From Paragordius varius (taxonomy: Eukaryota; Animalia; Nematomorpha): a stretch of DNA of 64,000 nucleotides. How positions within the stretch are numbered: position 1 is the first letter of the stretch; each line of letters begins with the position of its first letter. The notes beneath the pieces were generated by a model. The model had not been told where the DNA came from. It searched no databases and saw nothing but the letters and a program-made list of their open reading frames with translations. The position numbers were made by a program, and so were the translations under genes. The stretch is taken from contig OZ176050.1 in the NCBI GenBank assembly GCA_964247055.1, positions 11,284,001 through 11,348,000 of the forward strand. Direction: 5' to 3'. This document shows positions 25,301 to 38,800 of the stretch, piece after piece.

Positions 25301-28300
25301 ATTGGGTCTACCCTGTTGCGGCATCATATTTAAATGCGATTCTGGTCCTTGGCGTGACATATTAGGGATTTGGCTTGCTTGTTGAGGATTGACATTGGTT
25401 TGAGAGGTCTACATAACCGGAAAATGATTATAATAAGTTACAATTTTACATTAACTTAAAAGGAAAATAAGGATGAAAACCTTTGGACGCGTTCCAGCAT
25501 TCGATGTGGTAGATGATGGTTGTGTAGTTTTTGGTTGACGTTTTCGTCGAGTTTGTTTTGGTTTTTTCGGCCCAGCTGCTTGAGCATTCTATAAAACAAT
25601 CGTGTAAAACATTACAATAACGTAAAGTCATAATATATTTATGTTAAAAGTTAGTAAAATTAAAATTTTATGATGAAAACCAGGTATAAATTATTAATTT
25701 TAGACTCTAAGAGTTTTATGAAGCCGTATGTTTGTGTGGGTTATATACCAAAATTTAGTCATAGATGTATAATTTTTATAGCAATTTTTGATAAAGAATA
25801 TATAATTATTTATAAATACATATAAATAAAATATTTCGGAACATAATTATCACGATATTAATCAATTCTATAAATTCTATCTATAAATTATTTCTATATA
25901 TATTACTTTGGCTGATGTTGACGAAGTTGGGGGATTGTTAATATTAATTTTTTCATTAGTATGCTGCAAAATGTTTGAAGAACCAATCAACATTGGATGT
26001 TGTTGAGCCTTAGATTGAGACATGTTTTGAAAGTTTGTGTTTGACAAATTGTTATTATTATTATTATTGTGCATCATATCCATGGTGTAATTGGCAATAT
26101 TTACATTAGGTTGTAAACGATCTAATTCAATGGTTAAATTTTTATGAAGATTAAGTTGTAAATAGAGTAAACTGGTTTAAGATGCGAATATAAATTAAAT
26201 TTATGATTATTTTGGTATAAAACTTGGCAGTATATAGTTAATTTTATATAATAAGAGTAGCCGGGCGTGTGTATAAAATTTAAAACAGTCATGAATTTGC
26301 TAAAAAGAAATTCCGTATAATTTTAAAATATTAACATATTACCTCTAATAAAAGGACCGCTTGGATTAGGTAAACCTCCAACCATCGCTTCAAGGCCACG
26401 CAATCGATTTTCTTCAAATTCATTGGATTGAATCAAAGTTGGATTTTCTAAACACGATTTAAAGCGTGATAAAATAAAAACTTTTTATTTGATATAACTA
26501 ACGATATTAACAAAAATAGATAAGGAAACAAAAAAATTAGGTTTACTAAATTGATAATACGACTTATGGATAATCAAAACCTTAAATTGCACTCTGAATT
26601 TTGTAAAAAAAAACAGTTGCAATATAGATAGTCACAATAATAAACAAAGATCCATTCTCCTAAAATATTTTCTTGACCCGAGAATATTATATGCGTAAAT
26701 ATGCCTTAATGAAAAAACCTTGTTTAAAATGCTTGGGTGTCCCCACATTAGTTTGTACGGCGTTCAAATCAACTGTTATTCTTTCCTCGACAGACATGTT
26801 GGAATACTGTGATTGTTGTTCGTAAGGTGTAAAACTGCCCATTTTGTTAGGGGGACTAATCATAGAGGATACAGCTAAAACACTTCCTGGTGTTTTAATG
26901 TTAATCGACTCTCTACTATAGGTAGGAGATGTGATCAATTTGTTCTCTTCAATAGGGTGGCCAGCCATAGATTGAGGTGGTATTTGATCAAAATCATCAC
27001 AGACTATATCTTCGTCAGGCAAGCCTTCAATCGGCCCCAAATAAAAAGTGTCACATGGATCAGAAAGCAGGTGAAATTGTGGTCCTTTTGATAGAGTTGT
27101 ATCCACGTCTGGTTGATAAGAAGGTAAACTAGCAAGAAATGAAGTGTTTTGCGTACTATCTTCAATTTGATGAGAATGGAGTGCCATACTTTCATATTCT
27201 CGAACCGAGGCTAAAGGATGCATCTGTGGATTTGTGGCTAATGCACTATGTGTTAACGCAGTAAAATATTGATAAATTTGATCAAAAAATATGAAAGTTT
27301 CAGAACTAATAGGAAAAAAATGAAATTGACCGGGACCAAATAATGATGAAGATTTTTTATGTATGTTATGTAAAAGATTGATGAATTTGATAAATTGGTA
27401 AAAAAATATTATCAAAGCTCATACAGAAGAGATATAATTGTACAAAAACTGACTTTGGTTTCAGCTCTTATAACTGAAAATATAACCAAACCTTTTTTTA
27501 ATCTCTAAAAATTTCCATATGCTTAAAATTGATAATAAAGTAAAGTGAGTTTTTTCTTAACCTGCATAATAAATTATCAGAGGAAACTTTGAGGTATTGC
27601 CACCACGTTGAGGCCATATTAAAAGGTGTTCCACCACCCATCGATTTAGGGATGCCTTCAATCATATCCCACGGATTAATATAAACCGAATCAATCGCTT
27701 TCAACCCAATAGAATTCTCCTGCGCATAAAATTGTTTTAATATCCAAACTATAAAAAATAATTTTTTGGAGAATAAAAAATTACTTCGTTTTTAAAAGTA
27801 TTAATACAATCGGTATCGTAATTAATTTGCAAATTAGATTAAATTTTAACCATTGACATATCACAAAAATGTCACATTTCAAAAGAATAAGCCAATATTA
27901 ACTAATGGTCTTTTAAAATCGGTTAAAAAATATTATATATTAAAATTTATTTTAAAATGAAAAAAAACCTGTTCTTTTTCGGTATTAGGATATGGGACAT
28001 GGTCGGATATAATAATTTTTTCATATGGTTTTTGCAGGGGGAACAATGATTTTACAATTTCCAACTTATCGCGATCAAGTTTTTCCAATAACTCTTTCTA
28101 TAAATGAATACGTACAATAGTATATAATATAATTAGAAAAATTTTGTTAATTTCGCAAAAATTATATTACTTTAATTTTTTTGCAAATCAAATGATAAGA
28201 TTTCTTTTGACATTCCTCAACGGGCAAAAACAATGAAACCATCGACGCCTTTCCATCTCTGTTTTGGATTATTTCATTAATACGCTCTTGGATAACATAT

Positions 28301-28669
28301 TTAGCGGTAGATTTAAGTCCGATAATTTTATATTTACCATCATCCAATCTTTTAGTTGTGATTAAACTATTACTATTATTATCATTTGTCATATTTGTGA
28401 TATGGAATCGATTAGCTTTGACCGAAAAATTGTATAAACTCCCACTAAGTAACGTTGCCAACATGTCAAAAAGGGTATAAAAAAGGGTCGTACAACTCTC
28501 ATGATTATTGAAGGATGGTAGAGTTAAGTATTCTTGAAACAGCCTTTGTACTTTTTCCAGCGGTCCTCCACAATAGTTCAATAAATTTTGACTGTTTTCC
28601 GATTCCAAATCATCGTCAGTTCGTGATTGGAGAGACTCAAAATATTCTGCACCGCCGACCGTGTTCATC

Positions 28670-28703
<34 letters not shown>

Positions 28704-29859
28704 TTCGTTGTCTTAGGTAGTTGAAAACCACAGAGAAATTTTTAAGCAAAAAAATGTAAATTGGGATAAATTTAAATTCATTCTATGTATATTGTGAAAA
28801 CGATTCATTAATCCAAACTTGTCACCACTAAATGCTTTAAAAGTTTTTTTTAAAAAAAAAATAAGTTTAAAATAGGCAAATAATAATACATTTTGATTAA
28901 TATTGTAGGCTATCAAATTTTTGGTTTATCATATACAAAAATGTTTTAAAAAGATATAACGTAAGCTAACATTTTAACAGAAAAAATAATTTAATATCTC
29001 TTATGTTAAATATAAATATGTTGTTAGGGGTATTTGCACCTGTGTTTTAAACAAATTCTAGGTATTTCGTAAAAAAGCTGATTCAATTTTTTTTAAAAAA
29101 AGTTGTTATTAATATAAAAATAAAGATTTTTACCACGTCATCATCAATATCATCAACCATGGAATTGGAAATTTTTCCGCCCAGCGTTAGTATATCATTG
29201 GTAAGGCATTGAATCAGTAAAATACACCAATCAATGGCCATTTGGTTAACCGTAAATGGTGCTATTGTAGGAGTAGAGGAAAATGTGTTTAAGGGTTGAG
29301 ATTGTCCTAGTTTTATTTAAACAAATATAAATGTTGTTTGAATATTTTTGCGTTGGTTAGTTATAAATAAAAATATTTCCCAAAAAGGTAAACAATTACA
29401 AATATAGTTAATTATATTAAATGAATGTTTAAAAACCAAATGTCAATAGGTTTCTGCAGAATGTTATTCTATTGCGAAAATGAACAATATGCAAAAAAGG
29501 ATAATATTTTTATTATAAAAATGATGGAAGCTTTTGAATATAAAGTTGTGTTCAGATATATTAATTGATACAAAACGAATAATTGGTTAAGGTGTAAAAA
29601 CGTTTTTGTTTTATCAAATATAAATATAGGGGGTAGAGATAATAAAATTAAAACTCAAAAGTATCTTATACTTTGTATATCAGTCACAAATATGAGGTAT
29701 TTTTTTATGATAGAAACATTTTTTATACAAAAAATATTTTAAGAGAGATTATAAATAAAATTATGAACTGGACCGGTTAGTACATTATAATGAAATGCCC
29801 ATTATATTTAATAACTAATGAAATTTTTTCAAAAGTTTATTGGAAATTTTATTTTTTAC

Positions 29860-29891
<32 letters not shown>

Positions 29892-32800
29892 CCAGTTTGG
29901 AAAGGGGTTTGTGTAACCGTAATATTGGACATGTTACTGTACATACCACTGTTTATTGGAGAATTTATTAAAGTGGTATTACTTGATCCCATACTATAGC
30001 CCATTGAATTTTGATTCAAAATTGTGGATGCCTAGAAAAAAAGTAACAAAATATCCACTATAATTATAATTTCGATAGCGTTATTATAAAAGACTAAATC
30101 TATACTAAGTATGAGCATTTGCAGTAAGAATCAATATAATGTTAAATAGAAATAAAAATCAACAAATTTACATTATTCATTGAGGATAAATTTGAAGTAG
30201 TGTTTGGTTGTATGACGGATTGCACATAACCTCGGAGTAATACATCAAACATATCGGCCACCAGGTTAAGACGCATAAAAAGTGAGGAACGCAATTCTCG
30301 TCGGGATAAAGCATTTTCCGGCAATGCCAAAACATTTTTATCCTCCTGAGAAGTTTTGAGAATGGCACCAATTTGTGTGTGCAGTGCTGAAACGAGCAAA
30401 TATCTATAATCTATGAGTTGTAAATGAGTTTGTTGTTGTTGTAACTCCAATTCTCGCATATCTTGTTGTCGAACATCATAGGCATACAAGGGTTCAAGGG
30501 GTGTTTCCGTCCCCAAAAATTGATTTCCCACCAGTTGGTTATCTTGGTTCAAGGCCATATTGTTAAGAGCAAAGTCACCATCATCTCCGTCATTTATAAT
30601 ACTGTTGATATTATCGTTATACACGTTCGAAGACGTGGAGTGATTCGCAGTGCTAAAGAAAAATTTGTTGGGCGTAAGACACACCTTAACCAACAAATAA
30701 AACGGTTGATGATTTAGGAGTGAAGCACTTCGCTGTGCATTCCGTTCCCGATCTAGCTTTGTAGTAGTCCCGGTTCCAGCAGTTGACCAAGAGGATCCAC
30801 TTTCAAGGGCTTGGGCCGCTACCCTAATTATTCGAGTCCGTATACCCAGGGCTAAACGAGCAATGAAAGGAGCAATAAGCCATACACTGAGTTGTTGATG
30901 TGATTTACGCAGGTGTTGAATGGTGAATTCGGACAAACTTAATTTCCCTGTGATACAAAAATAGACGAGTGTGTAAATGATGAAAAATTTGACACTTTAA
31001 TATAAATTTAAAAGGCAAAGAGGAAACATATTTGGATATTGGTAAATGCTAGTGAATCGTTTTTATTACCATAGTGTGAAGAGGCATTGATTTGTGTTTG
31101 TTTCGTGCAGCCAGATGTTATGGTAAAGGGTGAATTTATGTTAGTAGTAAATTGCATTATGGTTTCATCATCATCTGATGTATTGGCCATATACGTCGAT
31201 ATTCCCAAAGGAGTTACTGGATAATTAGGGTGTCCTGAAAAATTTTCTCCTTCAGTGTCTTCCAATATAGTACCATCTATATTTGGCAAAAAATAAATAA
31301 ATTATAACATACACCGCATTATTCTATTGAATATTTGTAAGAAAAACTATATTGTTTGAAAAATTTGTCTTAACACTTAATTCCTCGACAGCGTTTTACG
31401 GTATTCCTAGATGTTAATATTATTTTATAACATTTGAAGATATTGTTAACACAATTGGACAATTATACAAGCATATGGCTAGATAATGATGTATTAAATA
31501 GCTAAAACAAATAAAATATTTTACCAATTTTCACATCTAATTTAAACATATTCAATTTTTTAGAATAGATGCCATTTTAGGGTTTTTATCAAACATCTTA
31601 ATGATAAGATATGTAAATAAAATATAGTAAAATAAAAAAATTTGGCAAGAAAAACCTTCGTATTCAGCCTTAAAAGGCGAATCATCATCACTCAAATCAT
31701 CCTTGGCATTGTCACCGCGATCCCAATGTGAATGCATAAAAGCATTTCCACACACTTCGTTTCCGAACGGGCTGAAAAGCGTTTTGGGCGATCGTTTATT
31801 TTTACCACTGGTTTTAACTATTTAACAATAAAAATTAATGATATATTTTTTTCACAAACCGATTAACTAAAATCAAAAATGATAAATTAATATAATGAAT
31901 GATTATGGTGAGGTTTGACTATGGACAAATATTAACGGCCTAACCGCTGATTGTGTCATTCTCAATTATAACGAGTTTTTAACGTCACAAAAGCAATATG
32001 TGGGTGCCAAATAAGATTTAATATATTTTACTTATAAAATTGGTTATGTTAATAAAATCAACAACAATATCATATATAATTATTCAATTTGTAAACCATC
32101 ATTTTTTACTTCTGTATCTGAAAATTATATAAAAAGGTGACGTTGAAATTTATTTTCCTTTTCACAATCGGTCAGACTCAACCCTAATATTATCACATAT
32201 AATAGTTTCGAACGACAAGAGATTTTTGTCTCTCGCATAATTTATAACCATAAACTCGCCAAAGTTACTTAGAAATTTTTAAACATTTTATATGAATAAA
32301 TTATGTGAGTTATGTCTGTTTTACCAAAAGCAGTGGTTGGGGGTCGACCTCTTTTCTTTCTTTTACCGCTAGTAAAACTGCCACCACCTAACGCATTATT
32401 TTTCATCAAAGACGCTTTTAGTTTTTTGCCGCGATTCGTTGAGCCTTTGGAGGAGCCATGTAACATTATTGTGGGTGTTCCACCAAAAATGTGTGATTGA
32501 TTTATGTTGGCGATACGATGACTTATGATCTAAAAAAATGGAAAAGGGTTAATAGAGTTCCTGATTTATAATTTTTGCTATTTTATATTAGTTTATCCTA
32601 AGATGCATGATATTTTTAGTTTCCACAAAGGTATAAAAACTCTTGGTATTTTGTAAAACAAACAAAAAGACATGTTAAATCAAATATTTATCAACAAAAT
32701 TTTGATAATTTTACGTTATGGTAATTACAAACAAATAGCTTATAAACCTGAAACAATGCATCAATGACCAAACTTGGTTTATATTCAATTGGGTTATTGT

Positions 32801-35800
32801 CAGACGTGCTAATAAATTGAGATTCACATTGAAATATTTGGACGGTTATTTTGGCAATCAATTCATAAAGGGTATTTATATCCATTTCACGCGTTTATTG
32901 TTTAAGGGTAAGGGCCAACTCTAAATAAGATATTCTCAAGCTCCACAAATCCAGCGTAGACAGTATCCGAGCAATCTTTTTTATTTGATGCATTATGGGT
33001 GTCGTAGAACCGGCAGAACTTAAATGATTAGCCAATATATGTTGTGGATAATTTAGAGAAATAAACCCATGTGGATAGCAAATGAGATGTAATAATTTGG
33101 ATGCCTAATATGTTAAATATTAAATTTTGTAAAATATATAATATCTACAGCAGGGGTGTCCAACATGCGGCCCTCTAAGATTGTATGTTGGGCCCATAAA
33201 AAATTTGGAAATTATGGCCACAAAAATTTAATAAAATTAAATTCTTGAATATATTTCTGTGTAAGTCTGTCTATTCGCCAACGAATAAAAGAGTTTTCTG
33301 CTTGCTTTTACAGTCCTTTGTCAAAAATTTACTAACATATTATAATAAATGCCGACATATATATTTCGTCAGATTTTTTGAGTAAAAAATATTACGGTTC
33401 GCGAAGCCATTTGTGTTGGCCACCCCTGATCTATAATACATTATAAATGGATTTTAAAAAATAATTTGGTTAAAAATCACTTGTTTATGCGACAAAAGCG
33501 GGTCTAACAATAATTGATCCGAACATATCCCGTTGGGATCCTTTAGAAATAATTCTTTAACCCAACCCTGATCGGTTAATACATGCAAAATTTCTTGAGA
33601 GAATTTTCCAAACCTGTGTGTATAAATGAATCATTTAAGTGAGAAAGATTATGAATAAAAAAACGTTTAATACTAATAAATTAACCTCAGAGATAACATT
33701 GTCCCAATAAATTCATAATCATCGTCGGCATTTGACTTTTGTTGTTTCAGCGACTTTGTTTCGGCATTAGTTAATGAATCTTGGGATGATGCTATTTTAC
33801 ATAAATATATTTTTAATGCACTTACTTTTCATAACTAAAGACTAAAGACAAAAAGTAAAAGGCTAATATTTGTGTAAATAAATACTATTAATGAATACGA
33901 TTCCGAAATATGAAATTGTATGTTCCAATTTACATCTTTAATCCGTATTTCGCAACCCAAAACAATTTTAATTAAAATATAAATTCAAAATGTATGGTTT
34001 AATTAAAATGTAATTTTTAATGCCATGTTTCAAAAGTAAAGATGTTCAAAGGACTTACTTAAAATTAGGGCCTTGAAAACAGCCAAAAGAGCACCAATCG
34101 AAATGTTGTGTTGATAAAACAATAGATTTTGTATATCCTTGCTATCTTGAATTAGATCTGAGAATGAATACATTGGCAATTCAGATACTTTATTGGTACA
34201 TGCCTTATCTTTCTCGATAATGTTATCAAACGCTTGTGTGACATTAATATAGCGCATTTGTTTGAAGAAATTAACGTTTGCTTTTCGATCTGCATTTGAT
34301 TCGGTTTTAGGTGGATGATTTGGAAATATTTCATCCCCTTGGTAATAAAATTCTTTTTGAACTTCGTCCGTATTTGTGGTGTTTACCGATGTTTGCAAAG
34401 TTTTTGCTTTTAATTCATTCATAAAGGTGGAAATGATGTAATCATTCAAATTCAATAATCTATAATCTTTCATGATTGCATTTGGATTATGCGTGTAGTT
34501 TTTAATGATTGGTGAAGACGAATTCATCCCATTGAAAGGTAAATTAATTTTTTTGCTTAATGGTACATTCTGGAACGATTTAAACAGACGATAAAGTAAA
34601 TAACATGTTAATCGGGCTCCAGCTTCTGCTGGTTTCTCTTTGAGTGATCGATTAAAACGAATATAACGCTTTTTGACAGAACTTAAGCCAGTTTTTTTAC
34701 TACCATCTAACGCATTATTATTATTATTGGAGAATCTAGCCTTTGACCCCGAGCTAGGTGAATTAATGGATGAAGAAAGTGAGGAGCCGTCCGGACTAAA
34801 CAGAGGAGATTTCAAATCACACGAAGTCCCATCGATATAATTATTGGTGTCTTCATTGTTGGACATGTTAGAGTTTGCAGAGGAGTTACTATTCATAGAT
34901 GATGTGGTACCTCCAGGGGGACAAGCCGCGGCTAACAGAGATGGTAGCGCTACGTGTTTTATGAAATCTTCCAACGAAAAAATGTGTGACAAAATGAGTG
35001 ATAGACATAACACAGCAAGTGAATCATAAACGAGCATTAATTTATCTAAGCGACCAGCTTCATTCATGGTACGTATCAGGTTACGTGAAACCGTTACAAA
35101 ATTGGCTGTAAGCAAGCCGACAGAATTAATACTGTTATTATTGTTGTTGTTGTTGTTCAAAGCTTGCAGAAATGTTGAAGAACTGAAGGGATAATTTGCA
35201 GAAGCTGAGGCAATAGTGTGTGTTAATGATTGTGGGTCATTCGGGTGTTGAACCTGAGAATGCTGATGGTGCATATGATGCGTTGGGCAACAAAGCGCCT
35301 TAAATGCACCCAACCATTCCCCATTCAATAGGGGTGGATTGTTTGTGGGTCCATTCAAGCCATGGGCCAAGGGAAACGTATCATGTATGACAGTGGTATT
35401 ATTGGTATTTTGCTGCGCATCATTGTGAGTAGAACGATACAAAAATAATTTTTGGTACAAATTCAATTCACACCGATTCAAGGGAAATGGTTGGGATGAC
35501 GGACCCATATTATGAATAACTGCATTATAATAGTCATTATTGGAGATTTTGGGATGTTGATAACTGCATGTAACCTCGACGCAAAATTTAATCAAATACC
35601 GAATACCAAATAAAATATTATAATGTTGCGTGTAGGCTTCCTCAAAGTTTATGGATTGTGAGTTTGTGCTATCAATTTCCCCCGTCTTTGCGACAAAAAG
35701 CGATTTTTGCGCCCCCTTCAATATCCGTGTTAATATGGTTAATATGGCGTTGCAAACAAAACTGTAACGTTTTGAGGCGTGTGCATCAAGCTGCAAAAAC

Positions 35801-38800
35801 AAACTGTTGAGTGATTTGTCACGTTCCAACGATGAAAGTATATTCAAGAGTCCTGAATTATTATCCATTTTGGTTGAAAGTAATTTTTCATTGTTGTTCA
35901 AAGGCACATAGTTGACCCAACGATTAAGGTAGCTAATCATAAAATTTGGATCCCACCATGCAGCCGCCGTATTTGGATGATGTATGGGTGAAGGTGGAGG
36001 AGGGGACGGTGATATAATGCAATACATAGTCCGTTTAATTTCTGTAATCAAGGGTACAAGGACTGTCCCAATCATGTTTGCTAAATTGTTACTATTATTC
36101 GTCTGCTGTGGTACATTATCAGATGTTGCAGACAAGATTGGAAATGGTAAAAATGGCTTTATGATTTTCCCGTTTAAATCAAACCTAGTAAGGGTATTTA
36201 GATTCACAATTTCTTCGTGTGTGAGCGATTTAAAACACTTCTTTAAACAACCGGCACATGATATCCAAACGTCGTAGAAAAAATTATAAATTGACCGAAT
36301 AACAGATGAAGAGCCTTGAGGGACCTCCCCGATTTGCTTTATAAACGTAAATAGGGACCAAAATATAGTAGTACATTGTGCTTGAATCATAATGAAACGA
36401 AAATCATCACCTTCATTCATGTCAACAGGTTGGGCGAATGCCTTATATAAATTGGGTGTTTGCATACTCGCTACCAGGTATGAGAAATGGGGTCTCATAG
36501 CCCCACAACACACAGCGCAAAGTTCAATCGTATAGTATTGCCAATAATTGGGTATGGGATGATGCTTATTACCCAAATTGCTAGTAATGTCATCTTGACT
36601 CAACAAATGTGATTGATGTACTAGGCGGTGTTGTGATACATTTTTAGAACTTTTTGATGAAGATGTTAAGGATGCCATTATAGTTTGTTCTGGAATAAAA
36701 AAGCCATTTGCCATGAGTTGACAGAGGCGTTCGTAAATGGTTGGTAGGTAAATTAGAATACTATTTATCAACTGAAATAACTGGCCTGGTTCACAAGACG
36801 TTCCTGTCGGGAGGGAACTCAAAGTGGATAGGACATATGAAACAATGGATAGATTTGGTAATTGATTAGATTTTTGGCATGCAAAATTTCGCAAAATCTT
36901 CACAATTAATCTAGCAAACGTTTCAAACCATAACCCATATCGTTCATTGAGTGGGAAAGTATGGATGTGTTGATGTAAGAAAGCAAGTTCCATCAAATCT
37001 AGATGATAAAATTTAAAATCAGTGGAATTAAAATTATTATGGCACCTATAATGCACACCAGAACCAAAGATGTTCTTATTAAAATCGAAAAGGTTCGTTA
37101 TCAAACAACACTGATTTCTGCTTAAATTACTAGATATAGTAAAAATATTTATACGTTAAAGTATGTTTTAATGAAATATGGCATACCTTGATTCGACATT
37201 TCTTTCGTTTTTTCTACTTGATTCGTTGGAGTTTCGTTGTTTTCATTGATATTTATCAAATTATTATCCCACAACTTTCTAATCCGTTTCTCTGTGATGT
37301 GTTTGGATTGCATAATAATTTTACGGATATGACCACCACTGATGCCAAAAAGGGCATTATTTCTCAAATCCTCACACCGTTTAACATATTCAGCGCATTC
37401 GATATTTGGCTTAAAAACATTTTCTTCACCCTTTTTTATGCCATATCCTAATAACGTTGTATTATCATTATTTAGCATATTGCTATGGTTCTTATCATAC
37501 ACATGAGAGTGTTTAAGTAAGGGCATATGATACAAATATTGATAATGCCTACAATCATCCGGTTGTTCAAGTCTCATAGTAATGAATCCAACATTTGAAA
37601 ATGGATATATGATTTCGGGTTGCTCTAAAATTCTCTCACTATCATCTACGCATGTATATATAAATATATATTATGGAAAGAATTTTAATATATATATATA
37701 TAGCTTTACCATTATTTGGAAGAGAGCCGTTGCGTTCTTCTGTTAAAAGTGAATCATATATATTTTTGGATTCTTTCATCTATATAAAGGAAAAATTGGA
37801 AAAAATAGCTTATATAGAATAATGAATGATTAATCTCTAGCAATAAGATCCTAAATTTTGGGCACCACCATTAAAATTTTAGAATTTATACTAATCGCTA
37901 TTATATATATTAAGTCAATTCTTTAAACATTTATTCAAATATAATTAGTCAAAATTATTATATACAAATAATTCTAATAAGTGAAAATTTATTTTAATAC
38001 CTTTTTCCAGGCAGCAGAGGTCATATGCGTAATACATACGGGTTTCTGTAATTTGCAAACATCGATCCGCCCTCGACAGAATAATAATTGTACGTAAGCT
38101 TCGTAATTAAAGACATGATATTCAATCAATTTTCCATAGAGAAGCATAAGGTTAGTGAAATGTTCGAGTGTATCAGAACAATTATCTAAAAAAATTAAAA
38201 CACCATACAATGAGTAGTATTTTTAAAGAAAATACTACACACTACAAATGATTTTCTCAATTCTTTGCATTATTGTATTTTATTTATTTTTAATTATAAT
38301 TTTTGTATGTTTTATTGTATAGCGACGATGAAGAAAAAAATAATCAGACCCATAGATTCGACTTAATTAATATTAGAATAAATAGTTTATAAAATAATTC
38401 GTACTACTTTAACAAAAAATTTTTATAAAAATACTTATTTTAACCATTTTATAAATTTATTTGTTATATATATGTACCAGTAATAGTTGGAGCATATTTG
38501 TCAAGATATTGGAATAAAATATTTTGAAACAAATCTTTGGCCACTGTGCGAGCCGAATTATACATGGCCAAATCGTCTTCGTGATCTAATATGCAGCCTG
38601 ATTCCAATGATTCATTGGATTGCGCCATATCTCCAATATTTTGCTGAGAATGATAAAAAAATTTTAAAAAAAGAAGATATAAAAATGTTGTCTATGGGTT
38701 GCGTGAATCAAAAAATATTACAAGTTTCATTTAAATTAATGTGATAAATCGAGAAAATTTTTTTTTTCAAATCCTAATAAAAAAGAAATTTGAAAATAAA

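Noticed and set aside
27969-28337. Possible duplicated helix and mutually exclusive MED12 exons (RDGKASMVSLFLP vs RDKLEIVKSLFP)
   Set aside because: Correct translation shows 28668-28171, 28097-27969 and 27719 onward join in phase 0 and align serially with human [27 protein letters not shown]; the first segment is just an insert.
32030-32190. Extra MED12 micro-exons split by a 24-nt intron (32118-32141)
   Set aside because: Not required for phase (32325 joins 31817) and no homology support; left as a possibility only.
32895-32897. Genome-wide reassignment of TAA to an amino acid
   Set aside because: All four host genes terminate with TAA, and more than 5000 other modelled codons, including a 1024-codon ORF, contain no in-frame TAA.
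32872-32898. 27-nt AT-AC intron that would remove the MED12 TAA
   Set aside because: It lacks the U12 donor ATATCCT and branch motif, and removal would delete residues that align with human NNEMNS.
38487-38744. 85-aa plus-strand ORF nested in MED12
   Set aside because: Antisense shadow of MED12 exon 38643-38478 (LFQNILFQYLDKYAP).
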